Shown: positions 10,191 to 19,540 of the stretch, piece by piece
Layout of the letters: each line of letters begins with the position of its first letter
Numbering within the stretch: the stretch's first letter is position 1
Source of the DNA: Candidatus Helarchaeota archaeon
GTDB lineage: Archaea > Asgardarchaeota > Lokiarchaeia > Helarchaeales > RDOG01
DNA: 61,870 nucleotides
NCBI GenBank assembly: GCA_029838215.1
Contig: JALGVI010000008.1
Span: forward strand, 1-61,870
Reading direction: 5' to 3'
Notes under the pieces: generated by a model
What the model saw: only the letters and a program-made list of their open reading frames with translations
Databases searched by the model: none
Told to the model about the DNA's origin: nothing
Position numbers and translations under genes: made by a program

Positions 10191-11138
10191 ATGTTTTTTC
10201 ATGAGATTAAAACGCCTCTTGACGTTAGTCGCTGCGGTCAGGTCGCTGCATTATTAGAATGTTCTGCATATCCAAAACCCGGGAACGTGCACAGATTAAA
10301 AGATCACCCTACAACAAGGTATGAACATTTTTTAATTGGAGCTTCCATCATTGGAAAGCCTCTAGAAAATTTAGCTGAAAAAGGAAGCCTGTTTAAGTTC
10401 GACAGCACCCATTATTCTAGGTTCCAGATTGGAAAAGAAATCCTCCAAGCAGTAGAAGATACTGCAACGTGGCAAACTGGTGGAAATATTAATCTGGGTG
10501 TTATCCTCTTACAAGCACCTCTCGCTGCCACGGCAGGCACGTACCTACACGTCGGTTATGATGATTTGGATGCTTTTCGCACCACATTACAGAAAATCAT
10601 TCAGGAAACCACCCCTGAAGACAGCTTGAACTTATATAAGGCATTACAAGTTGCTAATCCCGGGGGGATGGGTGAAGTTGAAGATCTTGATATCCACGAT
10701 GAGAGTTCCATGAAAAAAATTCAGGAAGACCAACTAAATCTTCATTCTATCTTTTCAACATGTGCTGATAGAGATGCCGTTGCAAGAGAATGGATTACTT
10801 CATTTGAACTAACTTTTAAATTGGTATATCCATTTCTGGAAAATCGCATCAACGAACTCCAAGACATTAATCTTGCAACCATCGATACTTTTCTTCATGT
10901 TTTATCGAAAGTGCCCGACACGTTGATCATGCGCAAGGCTGGACCCGAAGCAGCACGTGTTATCTCTGAAAAAGCGAGAGAAATAATTATTAAAGGGGGA
11001 ATTACCAAACAAAAAGAAAAGGTTTATGAATTCGATGCATTCCTACAGGAAAAAAAAGGGCTGTATAATCCGGGAACTACTGCAGATCTTATTGCTGCTG
11101 GTTTGATGGTCGCCCTTCTACGGGGATTGCGCATTTGA
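10191..11138 (+). CDS. citG: Triphosphoribosyl-dephospho-CoA synthase (CitG) family protein
   Basis: LECSAYPKPGNVHR, GNINLGVILL, PDTLIMRKAG, NPGTTADL motifs. Confidence 0.85.
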   Translation: MFFHEIKTPLDVSRCGQVAALLECSAYPKPGNVHRLKDHPTTRYEHFLIGASIIGKPLENLAEKGSLFKFDSTHYSRFQIGKEILQAVEDTATWQTGGNINLGVILLQAPLAATAGTYLHVGYDDLDAFRTTLQKIIQETTPEDSLNLYKALQVANPGGMGEVEDLDIHDESSMKKIQEDQLNLHSIFSTCADRDAVAREWITSFELTFKLVYPFLENRINELQDINLATIDTFLHVLSKVPDTLIMRKAGPEAARVISEKAREIIIKGGITKQKEKVYEFDAFLQEKKGLYNPGTTADLIAAGLMVALLRGLRI

Positions 11139-11239
11139 TCTTGTAGTTTTTATCTGTCTGACTCGGCAAAATCTTTTTGGTTCCATTGGAAATGGAGTCA
11201 AGGAATATTATTTTATTGTTGTCAGATGATGTTTTTATC

Positions 11240-11398
11240 ATGAAAACAACCTCAATTCCCCTTACTGAGTTATATTTCAAGAAAATAGAAGAGGTCATGA
11301 AAAAGGAGAATATTCCAACCAAAAGCGAGCTCGTTAGATTGGCCATTCGTGAACTCATTGAAAAAGATAAGAAGTTTCTCGAAGATCATTTTATTTAA
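11240..11398 (+). CDS. Ribbon-helix-helix (CopG-like) protein
   Basis: MKTTSIPLTELYFKKIEEVMKKENIPTKSELVRLAIRELI; ATG at 11240, in frame with track ORF 11177..11398. Confidence 0.75.
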   Translation: MKTTSIPLTELYFKKIEEVMKKENIPTKSELVRLAIRELIEKDKKFLEDHFI

Positions 11399-11420
11399 TA
11401 AGAAGGGGATTTTTTATTCT

Positions 11421-11936
11421 TTATTTCCTTGCTTTTTCAAGGATTTTTTCCAAGTCTTTTTTAGAAAGAGATAATTTTGTTTTTTCATACACGCGTTTGG
11501 TGAGGGAACCCAAGTCTGGATTCTCGTCATGTAATTTGAGTAGTTGTTTAACGAATTTTTGATTAAAATGCGTGAGTGTATTCATTTCAATAATGATGCC
11601 GGATTTCCACTTGCGGAAAAAAGGTCTAACCTCCCACAATCCTGCTCCTGTTATTTCGGCGACCTGTTTATCCGTGATTTTGATGTACTTGCCTTCAAGC
11701 GCATTAATTTTCTTTTTTAATTGATAATGGCTTATTATCCTGTAAATGAAATATGCGAGGGGGTATATCAATCCTAATACGATTAAAACTGTATAAACAA
11801 CAACGTTGATGATCGTGAGTTCCATGGCATTAATTATATTATACGAAACAAATGTAATGACCACAATCATTATTAACAGAATCGAAGCTCCCCATAGTAT
11901 CCAATTTAGCCAACGTAAAACTAACTTCCAGTTCAT
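11421..11936 (-). CDS. Hypothetical membrane protein (2 N-terminal TMs)
   Basis: Two hydrophobic helices followed by a basic soluble domain. Confidence 0.5.
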   Translation of the reverse strand: MNWKLVLRWLNWILWGASILLIMIVVITFVSYNIINAMELTIINVVVYTVLIVLGLIYPLAYFIYRIISHYQLKKKINALEGKYIKITDKQVAEITGAGLWEVRPFFRKWKSGIIIEMNTLTHFNQKFVKQLLKLHDENPDLGSLTKRVYEKTKLSLSKKDLEKILEKARK

Positions 11937-11993
11937 GTAATTGCCTCTAATTGTAGATAAGTCTTATTTCCAAATTTGCATTCGATTTTTCAT

Positions 11994-12359
11994 TCAATAC
12001 CTTTTTGGACGTTTCTGAGGTTTCGCCGTTTTAAGAACTTCATTACCCTTACTTTCTAATTCTTCTTTAGGGGTCATCCAAATTATTCGTAAATCAGACG
12101 GACTTTTTGGCATTTCAATAAATATCTTACCAATTATTCCGTATCCATAGACCCCGTCTTTCAACACGGCAGTTTTATCGATGAGAATCTGAATTGCTTG
12201 CTTGCCACCTTCCAATTCGACCAAACTCGGATGGCAAGGCGTGTAACCAATTCCGAGATTTGTCAAATATTTCGTAATTTCCCAATCTAATTCATCATTG
12301 AGTGCGCCTGTCTCATGAATGACCTTTACTACTTTTGGCTCTTGCGACATATTTGCCAT
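11994..12359 (-). CDS. Hypothetical protein
   Basis: 121 aa ORF with natural globular composition; no family recognised. Confidence 0.55.
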   Translation of the reverse strand: MANMSQEPKVVKVIHETGALNDELDWEITKYLTNLGIGYTPCHPSLVELEGGKQAIQILIDKTAVLKDGVYGYGIIGKIFIEMPKSPSDLRIIWMTPKEELESKGNEVLKTAKPQKRPKRY

Positions 12360-12462
12360 CTCAGTTTCTTAAAAAACGACATGAACAGTCTTTAGATAAC
12401 AATTTGTATTTATTGTCTTTTTATTTTAAGATTTTCGTAAAATGAAATTTCATCATTTGGAG

Positions 12463-13662
12463 TCAGTTACGCATTTTTCTTTTCATTTTTTTTGCTTCTG
12501 AGAGATAACTCAACGTTTCTTCTGTTTCCGTTTCGGTCAGAACTCCCGATTGCAACAAAAAGTTAATTGGAATGATGCCTAGGAAAAGTACAAAAAGCGT
12601 GATGACGGGATTTATGAAAAGAAAGGGTTGGAAGAAAAATAGGCTTAAAACCGCTACCAAGCCGCTGGTGCAGATGAAGACGGAGAAATACTTTGCACGA
12701 TCCTTTGCTTTTAAATAGCTAAAAACCAGAAAAACATTCGGGAAAATGCTTCCAATGGTCAACATTTCCAAAATTTTGAGAGGATATAGTAATACAACCC
12801 TTGCAATCGGGTTTGTGAGCGTCAGGCTATACAATAAGATATGAACTGCAAAAAGCATGAAGGGTATGATGAAAGAGAGCTTTCTTCCGAAGAATACTGA
12901 TATTAAAATGCCTGCTATGAGAAGGCACGCGTTTACTGCAAGATCAATGATGTTAAATTGGAGTGACAAGAAATTTGTATATAATGAGGGAACGTCCGTG
13001 CCAAGAATACAAAAAATCAAGATGGAAATCCATGCAATGAAGTAAATGAACACTTTTTTGCTCAATTCTATTTTTTCAGGGACAACGGGATCAACATTCA
13101 ATTTATTTAGAATTGCTAAAAAAATTCCAAGCAGGATTTGAGCAATTAAAGCAAAAATCACGTAAAAAACTGCCCCGATAAAAGAGTATATTATTGAAGC
13201 AATGCTAAATCCGAGAAGCACGGTCAACAAACATATCCCAATCACGCCTTCACGTTTTTTAAGTCCCAAGGAAATGAAGTTAATCTCATAACTCAACGAA
13301 CTAACAAAATTCAGGAACATTCCAAAAATGATCAAGAAAAGAAGCACGAGGAGTAACGGCAAAGGCATTATTGATAAGAATAAGTTGGAAATCAACACGA
13401 TGATTAACATTACATAAGATAATTGAATTAAAAAAGTCAGACGATTTGCCTTATCTATTAAAAAACCGAGAACAATTAGTCCTGCAACTATGCTACAAAT
13501 GAATATCACGGAGATGAAAAGGTATGAGACATTTAAAAAGAAAAGTAAAAGATCTTGATAAGGTTGGAATGTTAATAATAAAGGAATGGTAAACACGTTA
13601 TGTCCGACAGCATATGAAATGATCAACAACGATAATGTATCGGATTTTTTAATGGACAACAT
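12463..13662 (-). CDS. MFS-like polytopic membrane transporter
   Basis: ~12 hydrophobic segments; GFLIDKANR resembles MFS motif A. Confidence 0.6.
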   Translation of the reverse strand: MLSIKKSDTLSLLIISYAVGHNVFTIPLLLTFQPYQDLLLFFLNVSYLFISVIFICSIVAGLIVLGFLIDKANRLTFLIQLSYVMLIIVLISNLFLSIMPLPLLLVLLFLIIFGMFLNFVSSLSYEINFISLGLKKREGVIGICLLTVLLGFSIASIIYSFIGAVFYVIFALIAQILLGIFLAILNKLNVDPVVPEKIELSKKVFIYFIAWISILIFCILGTDVPSLYTNFLSLQFNIIDLAVNACLLIAGILISVFFGRKLSFIIPFMLFAVHILLYSLTLTNPIARVVLLYPLKILEMLTIGSIFPNVFLVFSYLKAKDRAKYFSVFICTSGLVAVLSLFFFQPFLFINPVITLFVLFLGIIPINFLLQSGVLTETETEETLSYLSEAKKMKRKMRN

Positions 13663-13871
13663 TTCACGCCACGTACCAAACGTTGAAAAACCACGTTTTC
13701 ATTCCTGAATCTTGCTTAATTGATAATTATCTTAAAATAAGTAACGAGAAACTTAAATTTTTTTAAATACCTATTTTTTTAATATTCATGTTTGTAATTA
13801 CTTCATTTTATTAATGACAACAAACTGATCGATAAAAAAATGACTAAACAAGCAAGACGTGAGGAATATAA

Positions 13872-14978
13872 TTGAGATCTCTTAATATCGGCTTAATAGG
13901 AGTTGGCAATATTGCAATAACACACCTGACTTCTTTATCGGAGATTAACTCGAACGAAGTTTTGAGGAAAAAATATAACACGTCGCTTCACATCAAAACC
14001 CTGATTGATATAGAAGAGAAAAAAATACAGCTTCTTCAAAAAAAACGCGCATATGGAGCAGAAGTTTTTTCCACGTCTCCACGAGATCTGTTCGATGATG
14101 ATGACATCGATGTAATATACATAAGTACTCCCACAAGATTTCATTTTGAGCATTTTGAACGAGCTGTAGAGGCAGGAAAGCATGTTTTCGTTGAAAAACC
14201 TCTTGCTTTCGGATTACCTGAGATTAAAAAAATGATCGCTTTACAAAAGCGTCATGATGTCCACGTTCAGGTCGGTTTGGTTCTAAGGCATTGCCCAATT
14301 TTTTGGAAATTAAAAACGATAATGAAGGAACATGAAGATAAATTTGGCGAACCACTTGCAATGATTTTTCGGGATGATCAGGAGTGGCCAATTTCGACTC
14401 TTGCACATCCTTCCGAATGGAGGAAGGATCCTGACTTAGCTCGTGCGGGATGTTTATTTGAACACAGCATCCACGATGTTGATTTGATTGAAAGTATTTG
14501 TGGCGGCACCCTAAAACATTTAAAATCCAACATAAAATATATCTCAAACTTGACAAGTGGTATTTTGGAAGATTCCGCAATGATTCAAATGGAGTATGCT
14601 CCCGAAATTCCCGTGTCTTTGATTAGCATTTGGCATAACGTGGCACGAGATCAGCGCAGGATTGAATTCTTTTTTGAGCGTGCCTTTGTATTACTTGATG
14701 GTTACGAAATTCTTCGATTTAAAACCTTTCGATATCAGATTGGACGGAAAAGAAAATCCTTAAAACTTATAGACATCCAGAAAGAGTATGCTTTATTAAA
14801 TGGTGTCCCTGATATCGTGCCCACTTTTGGGCCATATTTTTATGAGAATCTCGGATTCTTAGAATCAATCATTGAAGATGTCGAGCCACAACCCGGATTA
14901 GAAGTTGGTTTTCGAGCTCACGAAATCATCGAAGCCGCCTATGAATCGTCTCGGAAAAATAAGATAATCACGTTTTAA
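13872..14978 (+). CDS. Gfo/Idh/MocA family oxidoreductase
   Basis: IGLIGVGNIA, DVIYISTPTRFH, GKHVFVEKPLA, GCLFEHSIHDVD. Confidence 0.85.
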   Translation: MRSLNIGLIGVGNIAITHLTSLSEINSNEVLRKKYNTSLHIKTLIDIEEKKIQLLQKKRAYGAEVFSTSPRDLFDDDDIDVIYISTPTRFHFEHFERAVEAGKHVFVEKPLAFGLPEIKKMIALQKRHDVHVQVGLVLRHCPIFWKLKTIMKEHEDKFGEPLAMIFRDDQEWPISTLAHPSEWRKDPDLARAGCLFEHSIHDVDLIESICGGTLKHLKSNIKYISNLTSGILEDSAMIQMEYAPEIPVSLISIWHNVARDQRRIEFFFERAFVLLDGYEILRFKTFRYQIGRKRKSLKLIDIQKEYALLNGVPDIVPTFGPYFYENLGFLESIIEDVEPQPGLEVGFRAHEIIEAAYESSRKNKIITF

Positions 14979-15038
14979 AATAAAAAATGAGATTTCCCAT
15001 TTCTGATTATCGAAATTTTTAGAAAAATGTTCATTTTT

Positions 15039-15797
15039 TCATTCATTTTCTAATGGTTTCCCGCATTGCGTGCAAAATCTAAAAGCTGGATCCACGGGAT
15101 TGCCGCACTCGCACGTGATTCTTTGACCGCATTCCGTACAAAAATTGATTCCTTCCCGAATCGGTGATTCACATTGAGGGCAGATTTTTGGGAATTCTTC
15201 TACAATTTCGGAAGGAATTTCTGAGGTTGGTTTTTCCAATCGAGTTCCACAGGTCATGCAAAATTGTGAGTCTTTGATGACAACCATCGAATTGCATTTT
15301 GGGCATTTTAGGAAACTGCCGCAATTGTCACAGATATTCGGTGCTTGACCTGATGAAATTTCTAATTTGGCATCGCAAAAAGGACATCGCGTTATTGTTT
15401 CGGGTTTTTTCTCTAGTGTTTTTGTTTCTCCTCCAATAATGGTTCTCATGACGTCTATGGGAACAACTTTTAGTCGTCGTCGCTTGCAGTCATTGCACAA
15501 GTATTTTAATTTCACGTGAATGGTGGAAACTCCCTTATATTTACCATAAAGTCTTAGAGGATCCTCATAAAGCTGGACGTTTGGCGAATTGCATACAAAA
15601 CATCGATTTAAACCCGCTTTCATTTCAGCTATATCGTAATCAAAACTATTCAAGATCTGTTTTGTCTTTTTGTTACAAGCCGGACATTTAAAGACAACAT
15701 GTAATTTATTCCCATAACCCGGTTGTCGTACTTTAAGAATATTTAATGCTTCTGAATTATTACAAAACTTGCATTTTAATGCTGTCGAATACGTCAT
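15039..15797 (-). CDS. Multi zinc-ribbon (double zinc ribbon-type) protein
   Basis: About 12 CxxC-type knuckles (CKFC, CPAC, CFVC, CNDC, CPFC, CDNC, CPKC, CMTC, CPQC, CTEC, CEC, CTQC). Confidence 0.8.
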   Translation of the reverse strand: MTYSTALKCKFCNNSEALNILKVRQPGYGNKLHVVFKCPACNKKTKQILNSFDYDIAEMKAGLNRCFVCNSPNVQLYEDPLRLYGKYKGVSTIHVKLKYLCNDCKRRRLKVVPIDVMRTIIGGETKTLEKKPETITRCPFCDAKLEISSGQAPNICDNCGSFLKCPKCNSMVVIKDSQFCMTCGTRLEKPTSEIPSEIVEEFPKICPQCESPIREGINFCTECGQRITCECGNPVDPAFRFCTQCGKPLENE

Positions 15798-15960
15798 TCA
15801 AATCGTCCTCGAATCCGTTTTAAATTTAATATATCGGTGGTTCTTAAAAAATCTATATTTAATGGAATTTTAATTCAAGTTTCGAAAATTTATATATTAG
15901 GAAACGTCATTTTAAATTGAAGTTCTGGAAAATTCACTCAAAGAGATGGTGATTTGAAAT

Positions 15961-16689
15961 TTGGTGACTGAATTACGAGTAGTTTTGGATCCCAAGGCAA
16001 ATGAAACAATGAAAAAACACATGTATCGTTACGCGGGTTCAAGTTTGCCTGAAGATCAGTGGCGGGAAGCCATGGGTGTTTTTATAGGGTATACAAAGAA
16101 GAAAGTGATCTATGTATCTCGTGCGATTCCACTCGTGCATGGAACGGACGTGGATTTTGAATTTGGACCAAAAGAACTCGTCACTTTCGATAAGATAGAT
16201 CGTCGTGCTCAGGAACGAGGGCTCATCATTCAGGGTTGGTATCATTCCCATCCCGGGATCGGCATTTTTTTATCTCCCGATGACATGAAAAACCATTTGG
16301 TATATACCACCTTTAATCCAACTGCCATTGCGCTTGTTTTTGATCATACCGAGCATCGAGAACCTGTCAGTCCCGGTTTTAAGATTTTCATCACTCCTGA
16401 ACCCGGTAGTATTTCTGCTTATGAAGAAGTACCTTTCGAAATTGCAAGCGTAAAAATCAAGAAAAAGAAGATTAAGGGAGAGCCGCCTGATCCGTTTTTC
16501 TTTTTAGAAGAATTTTTAACGGAATTGGATGCCATTACCAAAACGAAACCATCCATTGCCGTGAAAGACCTTGCGGATTTGTTGGGACTGGACGTGGACT
16601 CCGTAAATACGCTTATACTGGAAGCAATTAAGGATAAATCGTTACCCGGAACCCTGGAAAAAGACGTTCTTTTATTTAATAAGACTTAA
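15961..16689 (+). CDS. JAMM/MPN+ metallo-isopeptidase with C-terminal PCI-like winged helix
   Basis: EAMGVFIG and GWYHSHPGIGIFLSPDD (HxH-x7-S-x2-D); C-terminal SIAVKDLADLLGLDVDSVNTLILEAIKDKSLPGTL. Confidence 0.85.
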   Translation: MVTELRVVLDPKANETMKKHMYRYAGSSLPEDQWREAMGVFIGYTKKKVIYVSRAIPLVHGTDVDFEFGPKELVTFDKIDRRAQERGLIIQGWYHSHPGIGIFLSPDDMKNHLVYTTFNPTAIALVFDHTEHREPVSPGFKIFITPEPGSISAYEEVPFEIASVKIKKKKIKGEPPDPFFFLEEFLTELDAITKTKPSIAVKDLADLLGLDVDSVNTLILEAIKDKSLPGTLEKDVLLFNKT

Positions 16690-17960
16690 AGTAACACTCT
16701 ACGCCTGAACTCCTTAAACATGCGACTGAACGTCTTTTTATCGTGTTTCTTCTGTAGTTCATCCACTATTTTCAATTGTAACGCTTCGATGAAAAGGATA
16801 TCTTCTCTGCCTTCCTTTCGACCTTGTTCCAAGAGATCTTCAATTAATTGTTTTTCTTGAAGAACCGTGATGATGGCATCAACGAATTCATCCAAGAATC
16901 CCGAATGATAGTAGAAATGGTGGTCCATGCGAGAAAAGTAAATTGAACGGTCTTCACAGTCGTAAAGATTCTTTATCCACTTATTCTCATAACCGCGAAG
17001 TATTTGAATGGAATAGTCTTGCTTTTTATGTGCTTTTAACAATGTTTCTGCAGCAAGTTGCCCACTTTTTCTAGCATGCCAAATGCCCTCATACGTGAAG
17101 CGGTCAATGAATCCTGCAGCTTCTCCAATGAGCAATATTCGATCATCAAAAGTATATTCAACTATCCGGTCGGCAATTGGATGAGCCCAATACTTCTTTC
17201 CTTCTATTTCTTTTATTTTTGAATCTTTTAGTTTCTCTTTAATGATTGGATGACCTTTTATAATTTCCTTGAATTTATCTACGGAAACCATCTTATCCAA
17301 ATAACCCACGGTCAGTCCTGATTTCTTCGCAAATATCCATGCATATCCATGTTTGGCGATGTGCGCGGTATCGAAATAAAGTTCCCAGCTGCCCCCTCCA
17401 AATCGTTCTTTGATGACATTTTCAGGGAGCTCGAATTCTGCTTGCACGGTATTTACAATGTCCACGGGGCGATCGATGTTCAACTGTCTTTGAAGTCGCG
17501 TGTTATTTGCACCCGTTGCAATCACGAGGCATCGGGTTTTGAGGCGAGATTTATCTTTAAGTTCGAGTTCGACATGATCCTTTGCCCTCTTGGCACTAAT
17601 CACTTCTGAGTTTGTTCTTAGCGTGGCACCTTCTTTTTGTGCTTCTTCCAAAAGGTATTTATCAAATCTGTCTCGATAAACCAGCTTACCGTAATCAATT
17701 CCAGCTTTACTAAATTCAATTGTTGCTATCTTCGAAAAGCTTCCCATTGTAAATGTGTCCACGTCCGCATCGATGACTTCCGCGGGTAAAGACCCAAAAT
17801 CCTTCTCGTTGCGAAACATGACGCCACCTCCACAAGGCTTGTAGCGATCAATGTTACCTTTTTCGAGAAGAACAACATCGATTTCTTTATTGGTTGCAAC
17901 ATGCTTGGCACAGGTTGCCCCTGCTGGTCCTCCGCCAACGATTATGATGTCGTGAATCAT
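16686..17960 (-). CDS. Geranylgeranyl reductase family FAD-dependent oxidoreductase
   Basis: DIIIVGGGPAGATCA, YKPCGGG, GYAWIFAK, LLIGEAAG..EGI. Confidence 0.85.
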   Translation of the reverse strand: MIHDIIIVGGGPAGATCAKHVATNKEIDVVLLEKGNIDRYKPCGGGVMFRNEKDFGSLPAEVIDADVDTFTMGSFSKIATIEFSKAGIDYGKLVYRDRFDKYLLEEAQKEGATLRTNSEVISAKRAKDHVELELKDKSRLKTRCLVIATGANNTRLQRQLNIDRPVDIVNTVQAEFELPENVIKERFGGGSWELYFDTAHIAKHGYAWIFAKKSGLTVGYLDKMVSVDKFKEIIKGHPIIKEKLKDSKIKEIEGKKYWAHPIADRIVEYTFDDRILLIGEAAGFIDRFTYEGIWHARKSGQLAAETLLKAHKKQDYSIQILRGYENKWIKNLYDCEDRSIYFSRMDHHFYYHSGFLDEFVDAIITVLQEKQLIEDLLEQGRKEGREDILFIEALQLKIVDELQKKHDKKTFSRMFKEFRRRVLL

Positions 17961-18021
17961 TTTTTCCTTTACCTCTTTAAAACTTCATTTATACTTTCAG
18001 TTAAATGCTCAAAAATTGATT

Positions 18022-19509
18022 TTATCGTTTTCTTTCACTATATGTTATGCAATTATTAATGGCTTTTGCACAGAAATCTATTAATTCAAATGTCGGTATT
18101 TTTTCTTCATTGTACCATTCCTGCACGGTCCTAACTAATTTCTCGATTCTTATTTCTTTTTTCAGTTTTGAAGTTTGCCTTAGAACGACAAAAATTGGGA
18201 TATGATGTTTTTCCTTAACTTCTTTAAAGATTTTCACGCATTCCCTGAATGAATTCAGGCTAATGTAATTTGCAATCTGGTCAATGATAATGCCGTGGAT
18301 GTTCTCTTCTGCAGCCACTATATTAAGGATATTGCTAAGTCCATCCAATCTAAGATACATTGGATCTCCGAGGTCAATGGGATTACGCGTTCCCACGCCA
18401 CCTCCAGCTAAAAACTGATTAATTTTTATAATTGCTTGTTTTGAAAGTTGAGGCACTCGCAACTGATTGATGTTACATTGATCGACCATTTCGACTCCAA
18501 TGGCACCACCGCCGCCTATTACTGCCATGTTTCTTCCCTTAAGATTACTCACGTGGTGCATTACAACCGTTGTATCGACTAATTCTTCAAGGGAATCGAC
18601 ACCGATAATATTATATTGCTTGAAAAGACCTTGCCATATTTCCTGAGATGATGCCAAAAAACCAGTATGGCTTTGAGCTGCTCTGCATCCGTCTTGCGTG
18701 TGTCCTGCTTTCCAAATTATTAACGGCTTGCGCAATTTAGGTAGTATACCTCGCAACCGTGTTTTATCACTTTCTGTAATTCCTTCAAGATAACCGCCGA
18801 TAATCGTGGTTTCCTCATCTTCATTTAAGTATTCAAGGAAATCTGAAATGCTTAAATCACTGGCATTGCCATAGCTCACGACTTTGTTGAAACGTAGACC
18901 TTTTGTTACTCCTTTTGTGACGAAATAAACGGCATTTCCACCAGATTGCCCTATAAAACTGACAGGTCCTGCATCTTGAGGGAATTCAGCACCCGGTAAT
19001 AATGTGATTCCTCCTTTTGGACAATAAACACCAAAACAATTCGGACCCATTATTCGACAGTTCGTTTCCTTCACTAATTCTTTGATCCTACATTCTAATT
19101 CATGACCTTTCTCATCCATCTCTTTAAATCCTGCAGTTACGATGATGATTGAGTTTATATTCTTCTGAATACATTTTTCAAGCTCGGAAATGACGCTTTT
19201 TGCTGGCACTGTTATGTATGCTAAATCAATGGGCTCTGGAACTGCTTCCAGAGTTGGCACAGATTGCAAGCCGAGTATTTCTTCTCCAGAAGCATTAATT
19301 GGATAGATTTTTCCTTTTTCAGGATATTTAAACTGCAGGAGTGAAAATAAATAAGTATTGCCGAATTTCCCCGGTTTCCGGGACGCGCCTATCATTACAA
19401 TGCTTTTCGGAAAAAAGAATTTGTCTAAAGTCATTGTTAAATCCTCTGAATGAGTTTCTAAACGGACACAAATTTTATTATTTAAAATTCGAGAAGGACT
19501 ATTTAACAA
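18022..19509 (-). CDS. Acyl-CoA synthetase (NDP-forming), alpha-type subunit
   Basis: IGASRKPGKFG, IMGPNCFG, FIGQSGG, SYGNASD, AQSHTG phospho-His, NPIDL. Confidence 0.85.
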   Translation of the reverse strand: MLNSPSRILNNKICVRLETHSEDLTMTLDKFFFPKSIVMIGASRKPGKFGNTYLFSLLQFKYPEKGKIYPINASGEEILGLQSVPTLEAVPEPIDLAYITVPAKSVISELEKCIQKNINSIIIVTAGFKEMDEKGHELECRIKELVKETNCRIMGPNCFGVYCPKGGITLLPGAEFPQDAGPVSFIGQSGGNAVYFVTKGVTKGLRFNKVVSYGNASDLSISDFLEYLNEDEETTIIGGYLEGITESDKTRLRGILPKLRKPLIIWKAGHTQDGCRAAQSHTGFLASSQEIWQGLFKQYNIIGVDSLEELVDTTVVMHHVSNLKGRNMAVIGGGGAIGVEMVDQCNINQLRVPQLSKQAIIKINQFLAGGGVGTRNPIDLGDPMYLRLDGLSNILNIVAAEENIHGIIIDQIANYISLNSFRECVKIFKEVKEKHHIPIFVVLRQTSKLKKEIRIEKLVRTVQEWYNEEKIPTFELIDFCAKAINNCITYSERKR

Positions 19510-19540
19510 ATTCTGAGCTCCTTAAAGAAAGAGTTTTATC

